64,000 bases of DNA from Minisyncoccia bacterium (lineage in GTDB: Bacteria > Patescibacteriota > Minisyncoccia > Phycocordibacterales > Phycocordibacteraceae). The notes under the pieces are model-generated. The model searched no databases. It saw only the letters and a program-made list of their open reading frames with translations, and was not told the DNA's origin. This document shows positions 26,342-36,319 of the stretch, one piece after another. The stretch lies in NCBI GenBank assembly GCA_038912545.1, contig JBCLFD010000002.1, positions 4,422 through 68,421 of the forward strand, read 5' to 3'. Numbering within the stretch: the first letter of the stretch is position 1; the number at the start of each line of letters is the position of its first letter. Made by a program: the position numbers and the translations under genes.

Positions 26342-27360
26342 ATGTGTGTGTTGGCGACCCCGGCGCGTTTTAGTGCGCGCTGCACCCAATCAGTGTTTTT
26401 TACATACCACGCGATAGTCGGCTCAAATGAAGTGCGGAACGAGTGCTTTGGCTTCCATCCAAGCTCTCTTTTTATCTTAGATGCGTTAATCGCATACCGG
26501 CGGTCATGCCCTGGTCGGTCTTTCACGAACACTATTCCTGTTTCGTCTTTTTTGAAATACTTAAGCATTCGTTTTGCAAGCGTAAGATTGTCTACTTCTT
26601 CATCTGTCCCGATATTGTATATTTCGCCCGGCACTCCTTTTACGAGCGCGCGGATGAGTGCTGAGCAATGGTCGGCGACGTGGATCCAGTCGCGTACATA
26701 CCGTCCATCGCCGTATATTGCTATTGGTTCTCCCTTCATAAGCCGTGTAATTGAATACGGAATGAGCTTTTCAGGATGCTGATAGGGGCCATAGTTATTA
26801 GAACACCGAGTTATCACAATAGGTGACCCATAGGTCACCTGAAAAGACCGTGCGATAAGGTCCGCAGCCGCCTTGGACGCAGCATAGGGAGAATTTGGAG
26901 CCAGAGGCGATTCTTCTGTGAATTTCCTCTTTGAGTCCAACGATAAACTGCCATACACTTCATCCGTGCTCACTTGTACGAATTTCTTCACCGATGGAGT
27001 GCGTCTGAGCGCCTCAAGCAATATCGTAACGCCAAGCACATTCGTACGAATAAATGCTTCGGCCCCACCATGAATACTTCTATCAACGTGCGACTCAGCT
27101 GCAAAATTGATCACATAGGATGGTGCATATTTCTTGGAAACACGCGTCATGAGCCCTACGTCAGTAATATCTCCTTTTATAAAAACAAACCGTTTCTTCG
27201 GAAGACCTCTGAAATTGTCTTTGTTGCCGGCATATGTGAGCGCATCAACGCATATCACTCGTGTCTTCCTGTGTTTGGACAGCACCATACGTATAAAGTT
27301 GGAGCCGATGAAACCGGCCCCGCCACACACTAAAATGGTTGCGTTCCCAAAGCTTTTCAT
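26338..27360 (-). CDS. rfbB: dTDP-glucose 4,6-dehydratase
   Basis: ILVCGGAGFIGSNFIR, STDEVYG, YAASKAAADL. Confidence 0.92.
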   Translation of the reverse strand: MKSFGNATILVCGGAGFIGSNFIRMVLSKHRKTRVICVDALTYAGNKDNFRGLPKKRFVFIKGDITDVGLMTRVSKKYAPSYVINFAAESHVDRSIHGGAEAFIRTNVLGVTILLEALRRTPSVKKFVQVSTDEVYGSLSLDSKRKFTEESPLAPNSPYAASKAAADLIARSFQVTYGSPIVITRCSNNYGPYQHPEKLIPYSITRLMKGEPIAIYGDGRYVRDWIHVADHCSALIRALVKGVPGEIYNIGTDEEVDNLTLAKRMLKYFKKDETGIVFVKDRPGHDRRYAINASKIKRELGWKPKHSFRTSFEPTIAWYVKNTDWVQRALKRAGVANTHI

Positions 27361-27387
27361 ACCTCTACGCTACTCCACTACTCCTCG

Positions 27388-28458
27388 TTAATCAACGTGC
27401 CTTTGAAGCGTTCTAATAATTTCAACATACTTCGGTATAACCGCTGCAAAACAATACTCTGTGCGTACCAGATCCTGGCCAGCGTGGCCGAACCGAACCC
27501 GCAGCTCTTTTTCGGAGAGAAGTTTCTCCAGTTTTTCCACCCACTGTTCGTCTGTACTAGCGATATAACCGTTCACGTCATCCTGAATGATATAAGGCAT
27601 CTCGCCGAACGCGCTCACCACGGCAGGCACGGAGCACGCCATATATTCTAATATCTTCATTGACGTCTTTCCCTTGTTCCATTCCCCCTCGCTTTGATGC
27701 GGAACGACACCTATATCAAATTTCTGGATTTCTCGCGGCACACTCTCCGGGTCAGTCCAATTTAAACTATCTATGAATTCAATGTTGAGGCCGAGGACAT
27801 TCTGGAACAAATCGTATACTTTTTTATTCTTTAATGCTCCGATAAGGACAAATTTGAAAGGAACGGTGGTCGTGGTAACGAGCTTCGCAAGAACGGGCAC
27901 AAGAATTTCAAGATTTCGAACATGCTCGGGTCCTGTTCCAACCCAACCAATGATGAGTGGACTTTGTGTGTACTCGTAGTTCTTGGTGAACTTCTCATAC
28001 GCGGGGAAATCAACCACGATGTGTAGAATATGCACATTTGAATTAAATTGCCGTGCCCAAATAGCTTGTCCGTGTGTACACGTAATAACGGCGTCGGCTA
28101 TTTGTGTAAGTGTTTTTGTTTTGAAATAACTGTGAGTCCACACTGGGTCATCAAAGTCGAAAATCATTTTTCTCCGAAAAATGAAAAGATACACGACCAT
28201 AATAACGAAGAAATACTTGTTTGAAATGGTTCGCTGTAAAAAAATGATGTCACCTTTTTTGATTGAAAAGAGTGAGCGGATGGTCTGCATGATTAATACA
28301 AATTTCTTCGGCCACGGCGTATTGGAAATAGCGAGTACTGGCGGTGTATGAATAACCGTCTTGAAACCGTGCGTATGTAATCCCTCAGCTATTCGGAATG
28401 CTCGTTGCCGGGAAGTCCCGCTACGCGCATCACTAAAGGTATAAAAATGCATTGTCAT
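27388..28458 (-). CDS. Glycosyltransferase family 4 (GT-B)
   Basis: C-terminal block HQSEGEWNKGKTSMKILEYMACSVPAVVS. Start uncertain: ATGs at 28458 and 28452, GTG at 28467. Confidence 0.75.
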   Translation of the reverse strand: MTMHFYTFSDARSGTSRQRAFRIAEGLHTHGFKTVIHTPPVLAISNTPWPKKFVLIMQTIRSLFSIKKGDIIFLQRTISNKYFFVIMVVYLFIFRRKMIFDFDDPVWTHSYFKTKTLTQIADAVITCTHGQAIWARQFNSNVHILHIVVDFPAYEKFTKNYEYTQSPLIIGWVGTGPEHVRNLEILVPVLAKLVTTTTVPFKFVLIGALKNKKVYDLFQNVLGLNIEFIDSLNWTDPESVPREIQKFDIGVVPHQSEGEWNKGKTSMKILEYMACSVPAVVSAFGEMPYIIQDDVNGYIASTDEQWVEKLEKLLSEKELRVRFGHAGQDLVRTEYCFAAVIPKYVEIIRTLQRHVD

Positions 28459-28490
28459 GGTGCACACAGTACCATTTCTCTTGGTCAGAG

Positions 28491-28525
28491 CAAAAGAAAC
28501 GCCACGACCGATTAAGGAAGTGGCG
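28491..28525 (-). terminator. Weak intrinsic-terminator candidate
   Basis: Stem cgccac/gtggcg (28500-28505 / 28520-28525) with a 14-nt loop, followed on the minus strand by TTTCTTTTG. It lies in the 72-nt gap after the radical SAM gene. Confidence 0.3.
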
Positions 28526-28539
28526 CGGGCGAAAGCATG

Positions 28540-30375
28540 TTACTGCTTCGCAATTGGAACACTGGCAGGAGTGGTCTTGTAGAGCGACTTTTCAAAGAGC
28601 CATCGGCGAGCGACACCGCCCAGCTCATCAAACTGCCGTCCGGGCAACGCATCCATCTTGATTGCTCCGCTTAGAACCACGTGCCGCGTAAATTCGGCGC
28701 TTGAAGGAAAGAAGACAAAATAGTAGGGATTGTCACGTACCACGCTAGGAAGCTCGTCTTGTGAACGGCATCCGAGCGCTTCGACGAGTTTATGTACCCA
28801 CTGCTGCGCCTCATGCCCTTCTTCGGCCATCTCGAAGTGTGCCTTGGCGACCTGCCCAAGCTTCTTCCAGGACCACTCCTCTCTCGGGAGTGTTAGGTAC
28901 CGCTCCGCCAAGTCGCGCGCCCCTGGAATAAGCGCGAACCACATGAAGAGTCGCTGGAGGATGACGATCTGGTCGGCATACCGATCGTTCTCGACATCAT
29001 CCATAAACTCAATCGTGCAGAGCGGTTTCGGCCCCGGCAAGTACTTGCGGGAAAATTCATCCCGCTCATCACGAACCGATACTTCCGCAACCAGTGGCGC
29101 CACTTCCCGTGCCTCGAGACGCTCGAGCGGGCTCTTTTTGTGACGTTGGGCTCGCTCCAGCTCCTTGTTGGCTTGCACCATTGCTCGCACCACCGGTTCG
29201 ATGACATTTCGTGCCGTTTTCGAATGGCGCATGACGCTCCGGTCGAAGAACAACTCATGTAGATCATCATTTTCACCCTTGTAGTACCCGAATGCTTTGG
29301 CAACATCCCCCATTTCCGTGCCCCCATAGGGAGCGAGAATCGAGGTCCATGCCATCTCGGGTCCAATGCGACTGTTAAGATCAAGCGTCGAGAGATCAGT
29401 TTCGAGATTGCTGAACGGCACAGCGAGGATTTGTTCCGTCCGCAGAGTCATCCCCCGCGAACGAATCTTTGCACACCCCTCGAGAATGAGCTCATCCGTC
29501 ATTTCACGATGCAACACATGCTCGCGCAAAAATGAATCCCCCGATTCAATAGCAAGCGTAATGCCGGTGCACCCTGCGGTTGTGAATAAGTCCAACCGTT
29601 CATCGCCCGAACGATTTTCCGTGAGCTCCAACCGAATCTGGCAGTGGAAAGGAATTCTAACTTCCTCTTTCCACCGTTGTGCAAACTCCCGAAGCCATGT
29701 CAGTTTGAAGCCAAAGATGTCGTCCTGCAGATAGACCATGCCAGCTCCCCAGCGCTCGCGGATTTCAACACCTTCACTGATGATGTCGTCCACGGAACGC
29801 TGTGTATGAGTGAATCCGCCGTACATCTTGTTCCACTCCGGCGCATAGCAGTAACTGCAAGTGAACGGGCACCCCACCGAGGTAATCATACTCCTGATGG
29901 GGCTGTCGCGAAGCACTGGGTACTTGTCGTACACAATGCTTCGGTTCGGCATGGGAAACTTCTCCGCCAATTGCTCGGTGTCGAAGTGCAATCCCGGCCC
30001 GATTTCTCCCTCAAGAATGCGACGAAAGTTTCGAAACCCATCGCCACGGACTACGTAATCCGCGTGCTTCAGACACTCGTCGGTGAAATAAGTCACATGT
30101 GGCCCGCCAATGATGACTTGTGGTCCCTTGAGACGTACCCGATCGCACGCAGCAAAGGTCTGTAGATGCCACCCGGTCCAGATCTGGAAGCCGACGAAGT
30201 CTGGCTTCCACTCCTCCACGCGCCGATAGAGGCCTGTGAAGTCATTCTCTGGAATGAGTTCTACGTCCACTTCGCAACCGATTGATGAGGCGAGCCCGAT
30301 GAGATGCAGAAGTCCCAAGGGCTCGATGATGTAATACCGTGCTACGAGCAGCACTTTCGTTCTGTTCGTGTTCAT
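28540..30375 (-). CDS. B12-binding-domain radical SAM enzyme with an unrecognised ~230-aa C-terminal extension
   Basis: Start at the ATG at 30373-30375, preceded by AGGAGG. The N-terminus KVLLVARYYIIEPLGLLHLIG is cobalamin-binding-domain-like. CPFTCSYC is the CX3CX2C cluster motif. Confidence 0.85.
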   Translation of the reverse strand: MNTNRTKVLLVARYYIIEPLGLLHLIGLASSIGCEVDVELIPENDFTGLYRRVEEWKPDFVGFQIWTGWHLQTFAACDRVRLKGPQVIIGGPHVTYFTDECLKHADYVVRGDGFRNFRRILEGEIGPGLHFDTEQLAEKFPMPNRSIVYDKYPVLRDSPIRSMITSVGCPFTCSYCYAPEWNKMYGGFTHTQRSVDDIISEGVEIRERWGAGMVYLQDDIFGFKLTWLREFAQRWKEEVRIPFHCQIRLELTENRSGDERLDLFTTAGCTGITLAIESGDSFLREHVLHREMTDELILEGCAKIRSRGMTLRTEQILAVPFSNLETDLSTLDLNSRIGPEMAWTSILAPYGGTEMGDVAKAFGYYKGENDDLHELFFDRSVMRHSKTARNVIEPVVRAMVQANKELERAQRHKKSPLERLEAREVAPLVAEVSVRDERDEFSRKYLPGPKPLCTIEFMDDVENDRYADQIVILQRLFMWFALIPGARDLAERYLTLPREEWSWKKLGQVAKAHFEMAEEGHEAQQWVHKLVEALGCRSQDELPSVVRDNPYYFVFFPSSAEFTRHVVLSGAIKMDALPGRQFDELGGVARRWLFEKSLYKTTPASVPIAKQ

Positions 30376-30430
30376 GAGACCTCCTAGTAGAAAGAACATT
30401 CGACGGAATGCCGAAATCTGCACCAAAGTA

Positions 30431-31450
30431 TCACATACCTATGAAGACGGCGCCAGCCGATTGTAGTATCTCTTCGTTTGTTATTTCGCCCAGACAATCC
30501 GGGAAATCCTTGTTTAGGTGGCTATGGGCGCAGAGCGCGTCGTGCGAAAGCACACGTATAGAGTCGTCTGGATACTGGTCCTTATTCCACCAGTTGTAGC
30601 CCCAACAGGTACGTAGGACGACGAGGGGCGTCCCTGTCTGCGCGGCGATATGCGCGACGCCGGTATCCAAACTCACGACGCCGGCGCTTTTTGACACGAG
30701 CGTGATGAGCTCTTGCATAGAAAGGCCTGGTGCTGCTACAAGTTCGGGCACTGCATCTTTAATTTTTGATACGAGAAGTTCGTCCGATGGTCCGCCCGTA
30801 AGGATAATTTTCTTTTGCGCCCCGAATTGTTCGTGGAGGGCACGAACAATTCGTATCTGATGCGTGAGCGAAAGACCTCGTTTGGTGCTTCCGGAAAACA
30901 AATTGACGACAATGTAATTTTTTTCTTGCAGATTTAATTTCTCCACTATCGGATTGCCAGGGAGAGCTGTGAGAGTGATGTGAGAGATTGTAGGTTCAAT
31001 TCCAAGCGAGCGAAGCGCGTCGCATTCGTGGAGACGAAGTGCGCGACGCGAGTCAAACAGTATGAGCTTGTCATATAAAAAACGATTGAATGACCAGGTA
31101 TCAGTGAACCCAACCATTCTGCCCCTTTTTGTAATCATTCGGGCAAATAATTTGCTTCCCATGCCAAATTGGCCGCGACCAGAATATTGAGTGACCGTCA
31201 CATCGCTCGGATATAGTTTTTTGAACGCGTTAAAAACATCCTTGGGATGATTTTTATTCGCCTCAATAACTTCTATCCACGGATATGCAGCGAGTAAATC
31301 GCGAATCATTCCACTTTTGCTGGAAACCAAAATGGCGCATGTGGCATCCGGATACGCAGCATGAATATTTTCAAGCAAGTATTTTGCCATCAACGAATCC
31401 CCTATTGAAGAGGCGCGGAAGGTCAATGCTTTTTGTACGGGGAATTTCAT
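30431..31450 (-). CDS. Glycosyltransferase family 9 (heptosyltransferase-like)
   Basis: FRASSIGDSLMAKYLLENI, LDTGVAHIAAQTGTPLVVL. ATG at 31448-31450 in an ATGA overlap with the upstream gene. Confidence 0.8.
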   Translation of the reverse strand: MKFPVQKALTFRASSIGDSLMAKYLLENIHAAYPDATCAILVSSKSGMIRDLLAAYPWIEVIEANKNHPKDVFNAFKKLYPSDVTVTQYSGRGQFGMGSKLFARMITKRGRMVGFTDTWSFNRFLYDKLILFDSRRALRLHECDALRSLGIEPTISHITLTALPGNPIVEKLNLQEKNYIVVNLFSGSTKRGLSLTHQIRIVRALHEQFGAQKKIILTGGPSDELLVSKIKDAVPELVAAPGLSMQELITLVSKSAGVVSLDTGVAHIAAQTGTPLVVLRTCWGYNWWNKDQYPDDSIRVLSHDALCAHSHLNKDFPDCLGEITNEEILQSAGAVFIGM

Positions 31451-32298
31451 ATATGCCACTGCTTCGCTTTGTTACGGACATATTCAGTAACGACCCACTG
31501 CATTGTCTTCATTGGCGAGCGACGAGGGAGCGGCAATTGCTTTTCTTCTGGAACGGCAAGCACATCAAATGGCGCGCTCGGGCCGCCAAAGAGCAGCGCA
31601 CGCGGTGCGATGCAAGCAGTCAGTAATGGCAAGCTCATAACACTCCCAAGTTCAAGACCGCGAGAAGTCCGCACCGGGATATACAGCGCATATTCGTGCA
31701 TGCTGAAAAATGATTGCAGTACGGAGAGCGCAGTGTCGTGCGCGCGCAGCTGATACAGATTGACTTCAAACAATACGCTCGGGCGAGAGTTCTTGATGAG
31801 ACGCATTCCTCCCCTCAGCACGCCAAGTTCCATGCCTTCTACATCTATCTTAATGAAATCGGCACTCTCCACTTCGTCATCAAGTATTGAGAGAACGAGC
31901 TCGCCCTCTCCCGGCGTGAGGGTGTTCGCTCCAGCGTTACTGACATTCACCACTTTGAGTCGGGCGTGGCCCCGATGCTCGGCGAGTCCTTTATTGCGTG
32001 TGTCGATAGAAACGCCGTTCAGTTCTACGTTCTGTTTCAGAAGAGCGAAGGAGCTGGGAACCGGCTCAAATGCGATTACCTTCTTCGCTCTTCGCGCGAG
32101 CGGTATCGCGAGCGTACCGATATGCGCGCCAATATCTATGACGATACTTTCTTTATGTATGAATGCTGAAATGAGGTCTATTACATCTTCTTGATGATGC
32201 GTGCCTCGTGCGAACATTTCTGCCATCTTCGCATCCGCAATCGTATCAATGGCAAATCGTCCGTGTAGCGTGGTGAATGTCTCTATGCGTGTGCCCAT
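31447..32298 (-). CDS. FkbM-family methyltransferase
   Basis: VIDIGAHIGTLAIPLARRAKKVIAFEPVPSSFALLKQN ... FIKIDVEGMELGVLRG. Confidence 0.85.
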   Translation of the reverse strand: MGTRIETFTTLHGRFAIDTIADAKMAEMFARGTHHQEDVIDLISAFIHKESIVIDIGAHIGTLAIPLARRAKKVIAFEPVPSSFALLKQNVELNGVSIDTRNKGLAEHRGHARLKVVNVSNAGANTLTPGEGELVLSILDDEVESADFIKIDVEGMELGVLRGGMRLIKNSRPSVLFEVNLYQLRAHDTALSVLQSFFSMHEYALYIPVRTSRGLELGSVMSLPLLTACIAPRALLFGGPSAPFDVLAVPEEKQLPLPRRSPMKTMQWVVTEYVRNKAKQWHI

Positions 32299-32304
32299 AC
32301 TATT

Positions 32305-33183
32305 TTAAAAAACCTTGCGAACACGTTGCACAAAAGCGTAGAACGGTAATTTTCTCGCCGTATATTTGAACATTCGCACGAGAGGACTCGGACTGATCAT
32401 CGCTGGATAGATACGCTTGCGCTTCGGCAGTACCTGCAATTTTTCTTCATCCATCGGCAGATTGTGCCAGATAAGCTTTGTGTTCCCCGCTATCTTCAGC
32501 GTACCATCGTAGAGCTGGAATATTTTCGTCTCAAACGTATTGTCGGTGTGTAGAGCATCAAGCGCATTATCCGCGATGCCAAATTTGGAGAACAGCTCTT
32601 TAAGCACAAAGAACGCATTCACTTTGTTCGCTGCGACAAGCTCATACCCTTTCTGCTTTCCTAATTCTACAAACGCGCGGAGTGACGAACCTTGATACAC
32701 CGACATATCGCGTGGCTGGATAAACGAGATGTCGTTTGGGATAGAGGGATTAAATTCAACTACCATAACGCGCGGTCGGTACTGCGTCATGGATTCCCAG
32801 AGATGATACTCATTGCCGTCAATATCAAGCGAGAACAGGTCGAATGTATTTGGTAACGGTGTGCGAGCAAAGAGCGCATCAAGCGACGCCTCGCCCTCGA
32901 AAGAAACGAATACGTTTATGCAATGCGTGGTGTCACGACCAGCGTATTCCTTCTGTAATTTCTCAAAATACGTCTGGTCGGCTTCAATGAGCACGCCGGC
33001 CCATCCGCACTCTTTGATCAAGTGCCACACGTTACTGCCATGCACTCCGTTGAGTGCGCCGAGCTCTACACACCATTTTTTTCCCTCGCCAATAACATCA
33101 AAGACTCGTTCAATAACACCATCTTCGCCGTGTTCGGAGGTGACATTGCGCTTAAAGTCGAGAAGACTGTTGGGGTGAGGCAT
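32305..33183 (-). CDS. FkbM-like methyltransferase-fold protein (tentative)
   Basis: SEHGEDGVIERVF..WCVELGALNG ... FSLDIDGNEYHLW resembles FkbM-related proteins. Confidence 0.5.
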   Translation of the reverse strand: MPHPNSLLDFKRNVTSEHGEDGVIERVFDVIGEGKKWCVELGALNGVHGSNVWHLIKECGWAGVLIEADQTYFEKLQKEYAGRDTTHCINVFVSFEGEASLDALFARTPLPNTFDLFSLDIDGNEYHLWESMTQYRPRVMVVEFNPSIPNDISFIQPRDMSVYQGSSLRAFVELGKQKGYELVAANKVNAFFVLKELFSKFGIADNALDALHTDNTFETKIFQLYDGTLKIAGNTKLIWHNLPMDEEKLQVLPKRKRIYPAMISPSPLVRMFKYTARKLPFYAFVQRVRKVF

Positions 33184-33203
33184 AAGGGGCTCGTCGGTGA
33201 CTT

Positions 33204-34094
33204 CTAGTATATCGCGACCTGTTCTTTCTTACGCGCGAGGAAAAAGAGGTTGTCGCGCAGGTCAAGGGGAATAGCGAGCTTTCCGAGCCAGGTTGCACGC
33301 AGTGCAGATCCTATGCGGCTCAAAAGCGGTATATGCAACCAGCGGGCAGCCGTTTGAAGAATATAGGGGAGACTGAAGCGTTTTGTTATGCGGCCGGTCC
33401 ATATTGTTTCGAACCCGTTCTGCAAAAGAAGGAGACGTATACTATAGTCATTAAGAAGCACAAGATGCTCCGGGGGAAAGAGCATGTGCCAGTGTTTGCC
33501 CAGAAGACGCGCATACAGACTGCCGCTGTCAGGCGTGCTACCCATCAATATTCCTCCTGCGGGAAGCAGATAGGCAGTCTGCTGTATGAGGGTATTTGGA
33601 TGCGGAACGTGCTCGAGTACGTCAAACATAGTCACTACATCATAGGAAGACGGGGTGTGCGAGACCGTTTCGAGAGTTCCAACTTCCACAGTAATCCCTT
33701 TCTTCTTTGCTTTCTCTGCGGCAGTGGAAGAAATGTCTATACCGGAAACGTTAAACCCACGGTTCTTTGCGAGCGCAAGAAAATATCCCGTGGCGGCACC
33801 CACGTCAAAGAGTGCGTCGCCACTACGGTACGTCGAGATGAGATCAAGACAGTGTTCGAAAGTATTCCGCATCATTTCTTTCTCTGCATCATAGGAGCCA
33901 TATCCTCCAGTTTGCTCACCCCCAAAAAAGTAACCTTCGTCGTAAATGGCTGAAGTGTCGGCAGGCGGATCTTCAATAAAAAGGGTCTTGCAATTGCTAC
34001 AACGCGCGACACCAAAACCATCTTTGGTGTAGCAATGACGCGTGGCACCACGACAGACCGGACAGTTTATCTTTGCTTGAATCGTAGTTTCCAT
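33204..34094 (-). CDS. Class I SAM-dependent methyltransferase with an N-terminal zinc ribbon (paralogous architecture to 12975-13850)
   Basis: CPVCRG...CSNCKTLF, LFDVGAATGYFL, FDVLEHVPHP. Confidence 0.8.
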   Translation of the reverse strand: METTIQAKINCPVCRGATRHCYTKDGFGVARCSNCKTLFIEDPPADTSAIYDEGYFFGGEQTGGYGSYDAEKEMMRNTFEHCLDLISTYRSGDALFDVGAATGYFLALAKNRGFNVSGIDISSTAAEKAKKKGITVEVGTLETVSHTPSSYDVVTMFDVLEHVPHPNTLIQQTAYLLPAGGILMGSTPDSGSLYARLLGKHWHMLFPPEHLVLLNDYSIRLLLLQNGFETIWTGRITKRFSLPYILQTAARWLHIPLLSRIGSALRATWLGKLAIPLDLRDNLFFLARKKEQVAIY

Positions 34095-34777
34095 GGGGTA
34101 AGCAGTCCTTCACGTATGATGTGTCCCGAGATTTTCGACTCGCCTTCCCAGCGAGCTTTAAAAACTATAGGAAGTTCTTTGAACTTACCATGGAATGTAC
34201 GAATGGTGTGGAATTTCAATTCCATAAGAAAGGCGTACCCCGATGCCTGCACTTTTGATAGATCAATGGCGCGCAGGATGTCCGCGCGGAAACACATATA
34301 TCCCGCAGTGAGATCCCGGATGGGAAGTCCCATCACGGTACGCGCATAGACATTCCCCCATGCCGAAAGCAGATAGCGCCAGCGCTCCCAATTCTCGATA
34401 CCGCCGCCCTTCACGTACCGGGAGCCGATAACCAGATCATACGTCTCGCTTGCCGCGAGGATGCCCGATAGGTATTCCGGCGCGTGCGAACCATCGGCGT
34501 CCATCGTGCACACTCTCCCTACGGTTGGGTCCGCGAGCACGCGCAGTATGCCCGCCTTATATGCTGCGCCGAGACCCTGTTTCTCTGGACGAGACAGGAG
34601 ATCGAGATTCGGATAGGTTCGCATGAGGAGACGCGCCTCTTCTGCCGTGCCATCAGGAGAATTGTCATCGATAACCAATATATGCAGATCAGGATTAATC
34701 ATGAAAATCTCTGGAATAATGCGTGCTATACTGCCACGTTCATTATAGGTGGGCAGTAATATAATAGTCTTACTCAT
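34067..34777 (-). CDS. Polyprenyl-phosphate sugar synthase (GT2, dolichyl-phosphate mannosyltransferase-like)
   Basis: ATG at 34775-34777. MSKTIILLPTYNERGSI ... VIDDNSPDGTA ... MDADGSH. Confidence 0.85.
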   Translation of the reverse strand: MSKTIILLPTYNERGSIARIIPEIFMINPDLHILVIDDNSPDGTAEEARLLMRTYPNLDLLSRPEKQGLGAAYKAGILRVLADPTVGRVCTMDADGSHAPEYLSGILAASETYDLVIGSRYVKGGGIENWERWRYLLSAWGNVYARTVMGLPIRDLTAGYMCFRADILRAIDLSKVQASGYAFLMELKFHTIRTFHGKFKELPIVFKARWEGESKISGHIIREGLLTPWKLRFKQR

Positions 34778-34779
34778 GT

Positions 34780-35820
34780 TTATAATAGTCCAGCTTCGTG
34801 TAATTTTTTTATCCACTCGTAGTCCGCTTTCGCCATCATGGCGGCCAGCTGCTCAAAAGAGGTCGTGGGTTTCCATCCAAGTATTCGTTTCGCTTTACGA
34901 GTATCGCCAAGCAAATGATGTACTTCGTTCGGTCGATAAAACTCTCTTGAGATTGTAAGAATAGTGTGATTGTCTTTTGTTTTCCCAACTTCTTTCAATC
35001 CTTTGCCGCTCCAATGAATAGGCATATCGAGAGCCTGTGCAGCTGCCTCGACAAATTGTCGCACGGTATGACTCTTTCCAGTTGCAATGACAAAATCTTC
35101 TGGCTTTTTTTGTTGAAGCATTTTATGCATCATTTTGACATACTCACCAGCATACCCCCAGTCACGCCGTGCTTCTAAATTACCGAGTGCGAAAGAATCC
35201 TGGAGGCCTAGTTTTATTTTTGCGAGCGATATGGTTATTTTCCGCGTGACAAAATGTTCCCCACGACGCGGTGACTCGTGATTGAACAAAAAGCCTGAAC
35301 AAATAAAAAGCCCGTGCTTCTCGCGATATCCTTTCACAAAGTATTCGTGTGCGAGAAGTTTCGCTTTTCCATACGGACTTACCGGTTGAAACGGCGATGT
35401 TTCATTTTGCGGCGGTTTTGTCTTTCCAAACATCTCGCTCGTCGAGGCCTGATAGATGCACACTTTAGGATTGATTACCATCGCCTCATGCACGAGACGG
35501 CCGAGACCAAAATAATTAATTTCCATCGTCTCATCGGAACATTTAAAAGAGATTCCGACATCCGACTGCGCCGCAAGGTTGTATATTTCATTGGGCCTGC
35601 TTTGTTGAAGAGCCTCCCGCAAGGTTGCTGCGTCGCGCATATTCCCATACACGATATGTACGCGCCGAGAAAGCACCAAATGCTCAATGCGCATCAACGG
35701 ATCAAGGCTGGTTCGACGCATAAGTCCCCACACTTCGTACCCAAGACTCACAAGATATTCAGCTAGATATGATCCGTCTTGTCCTGTTATGCCAGTAATT
35801 AGAGCTCGTTTGCCTGCCAT
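34780..35820 (-). CDS. gmd: GDP-mannose 4,6-dehydratase
   Basis: ATG at 35818-35820. ALITGITGQDGSYLAEYL, YGKAKLLAHEY, FNHESPRRGEHFVTRKI. Confidence 0.92.
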   Translation of the reverse strand: MAGKRALITGITGQDGSYLAEYLVSLGYEVWGLMRRTSLDPLMRIEHLVLSRRVHIVYGNMRDAATLREALQQSRPNEIYNLAAQSDVGISFKCSDETMEINYFGLGRLVHEAMVINPKVCIYQASTSEMFGKTKPPQNETSPFQPVSPYGKAKLLAHEYFVKGYREKHGLFICSGFLFNHESPRRGEHFVTRKITISLAKIKLGLQDSFALGNLEARRDWGYAGEYVKMMHKMLQQKKPEDFVIATGKSHTVRQFVEAAAQALDMPIHWSGKGLKEVGKTKDNHTILTISREFYRPNEVHHLLGDTRKAKRILGWKPTTSFEQLAAMMAKADYEWIKKLHEAGLL

Positions 35821-35866
35821 GTGAATAATCCTATCACACCTCTCTTTTATCAACAATTTATGACAC

Positions 35867-36319
35867 TTATGAGTGCTCCCTTGTGCGGAATGTTAGAAAA
35901 TAATTTGAAATAAAACTCGCAACCGCCAGAAACGCGATAATAACTGCTTGGACTATAAGATATGCAATGTGGAAAAAATCGAATCCAAGCGATTCTAAGA
36001 TCATTTTACTCAGATGTAGAAATAGCACGGTTAACCCGAGATTGATAAGTGCGATGAAAGTATAAAAGAAGAGTTGCCCTTTTAATTTTGTATGAACAAA
36101 ATCTCTGAACGTCCAGTATTTTTGAAACGTAAAAGTAACTAACAGAGCCAGACAAAAACCGACTATTGCACCAAAAAGATACTGGGACTGGAGATGGAAC
36201 ACTCCCACCCATAGGTAGAGTGTCCCCATTTGTATTAATCCCCCACACACACCTACAATGCCATAACGCACAAGAAACCAATAGTTTGAGAGTATAGTCA
36301 ATATTTTCTCCTGAATCAT
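35867..36319 (-). CDS. GtrA-family membrane protein
   Basis: 150 aa with 4 hydrophobic helices. VRYGIVGVCGGLIQMGTLYLWV. Confidence 0.8.
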   Translation of the reverse strand: MIQEKILTILSNYWFLVRYGIVGVCGGLIQMGTLYLWVGVFHLQSQYLFGAIVGFCLALLVTFTFQKYWTFRDFVHTKLKGQLFFYTFIALINLGLTVLFLHLSKMILESLGFDFFHIAYLIVQAVIIAFLAVASFISNYFLTFRTREHS

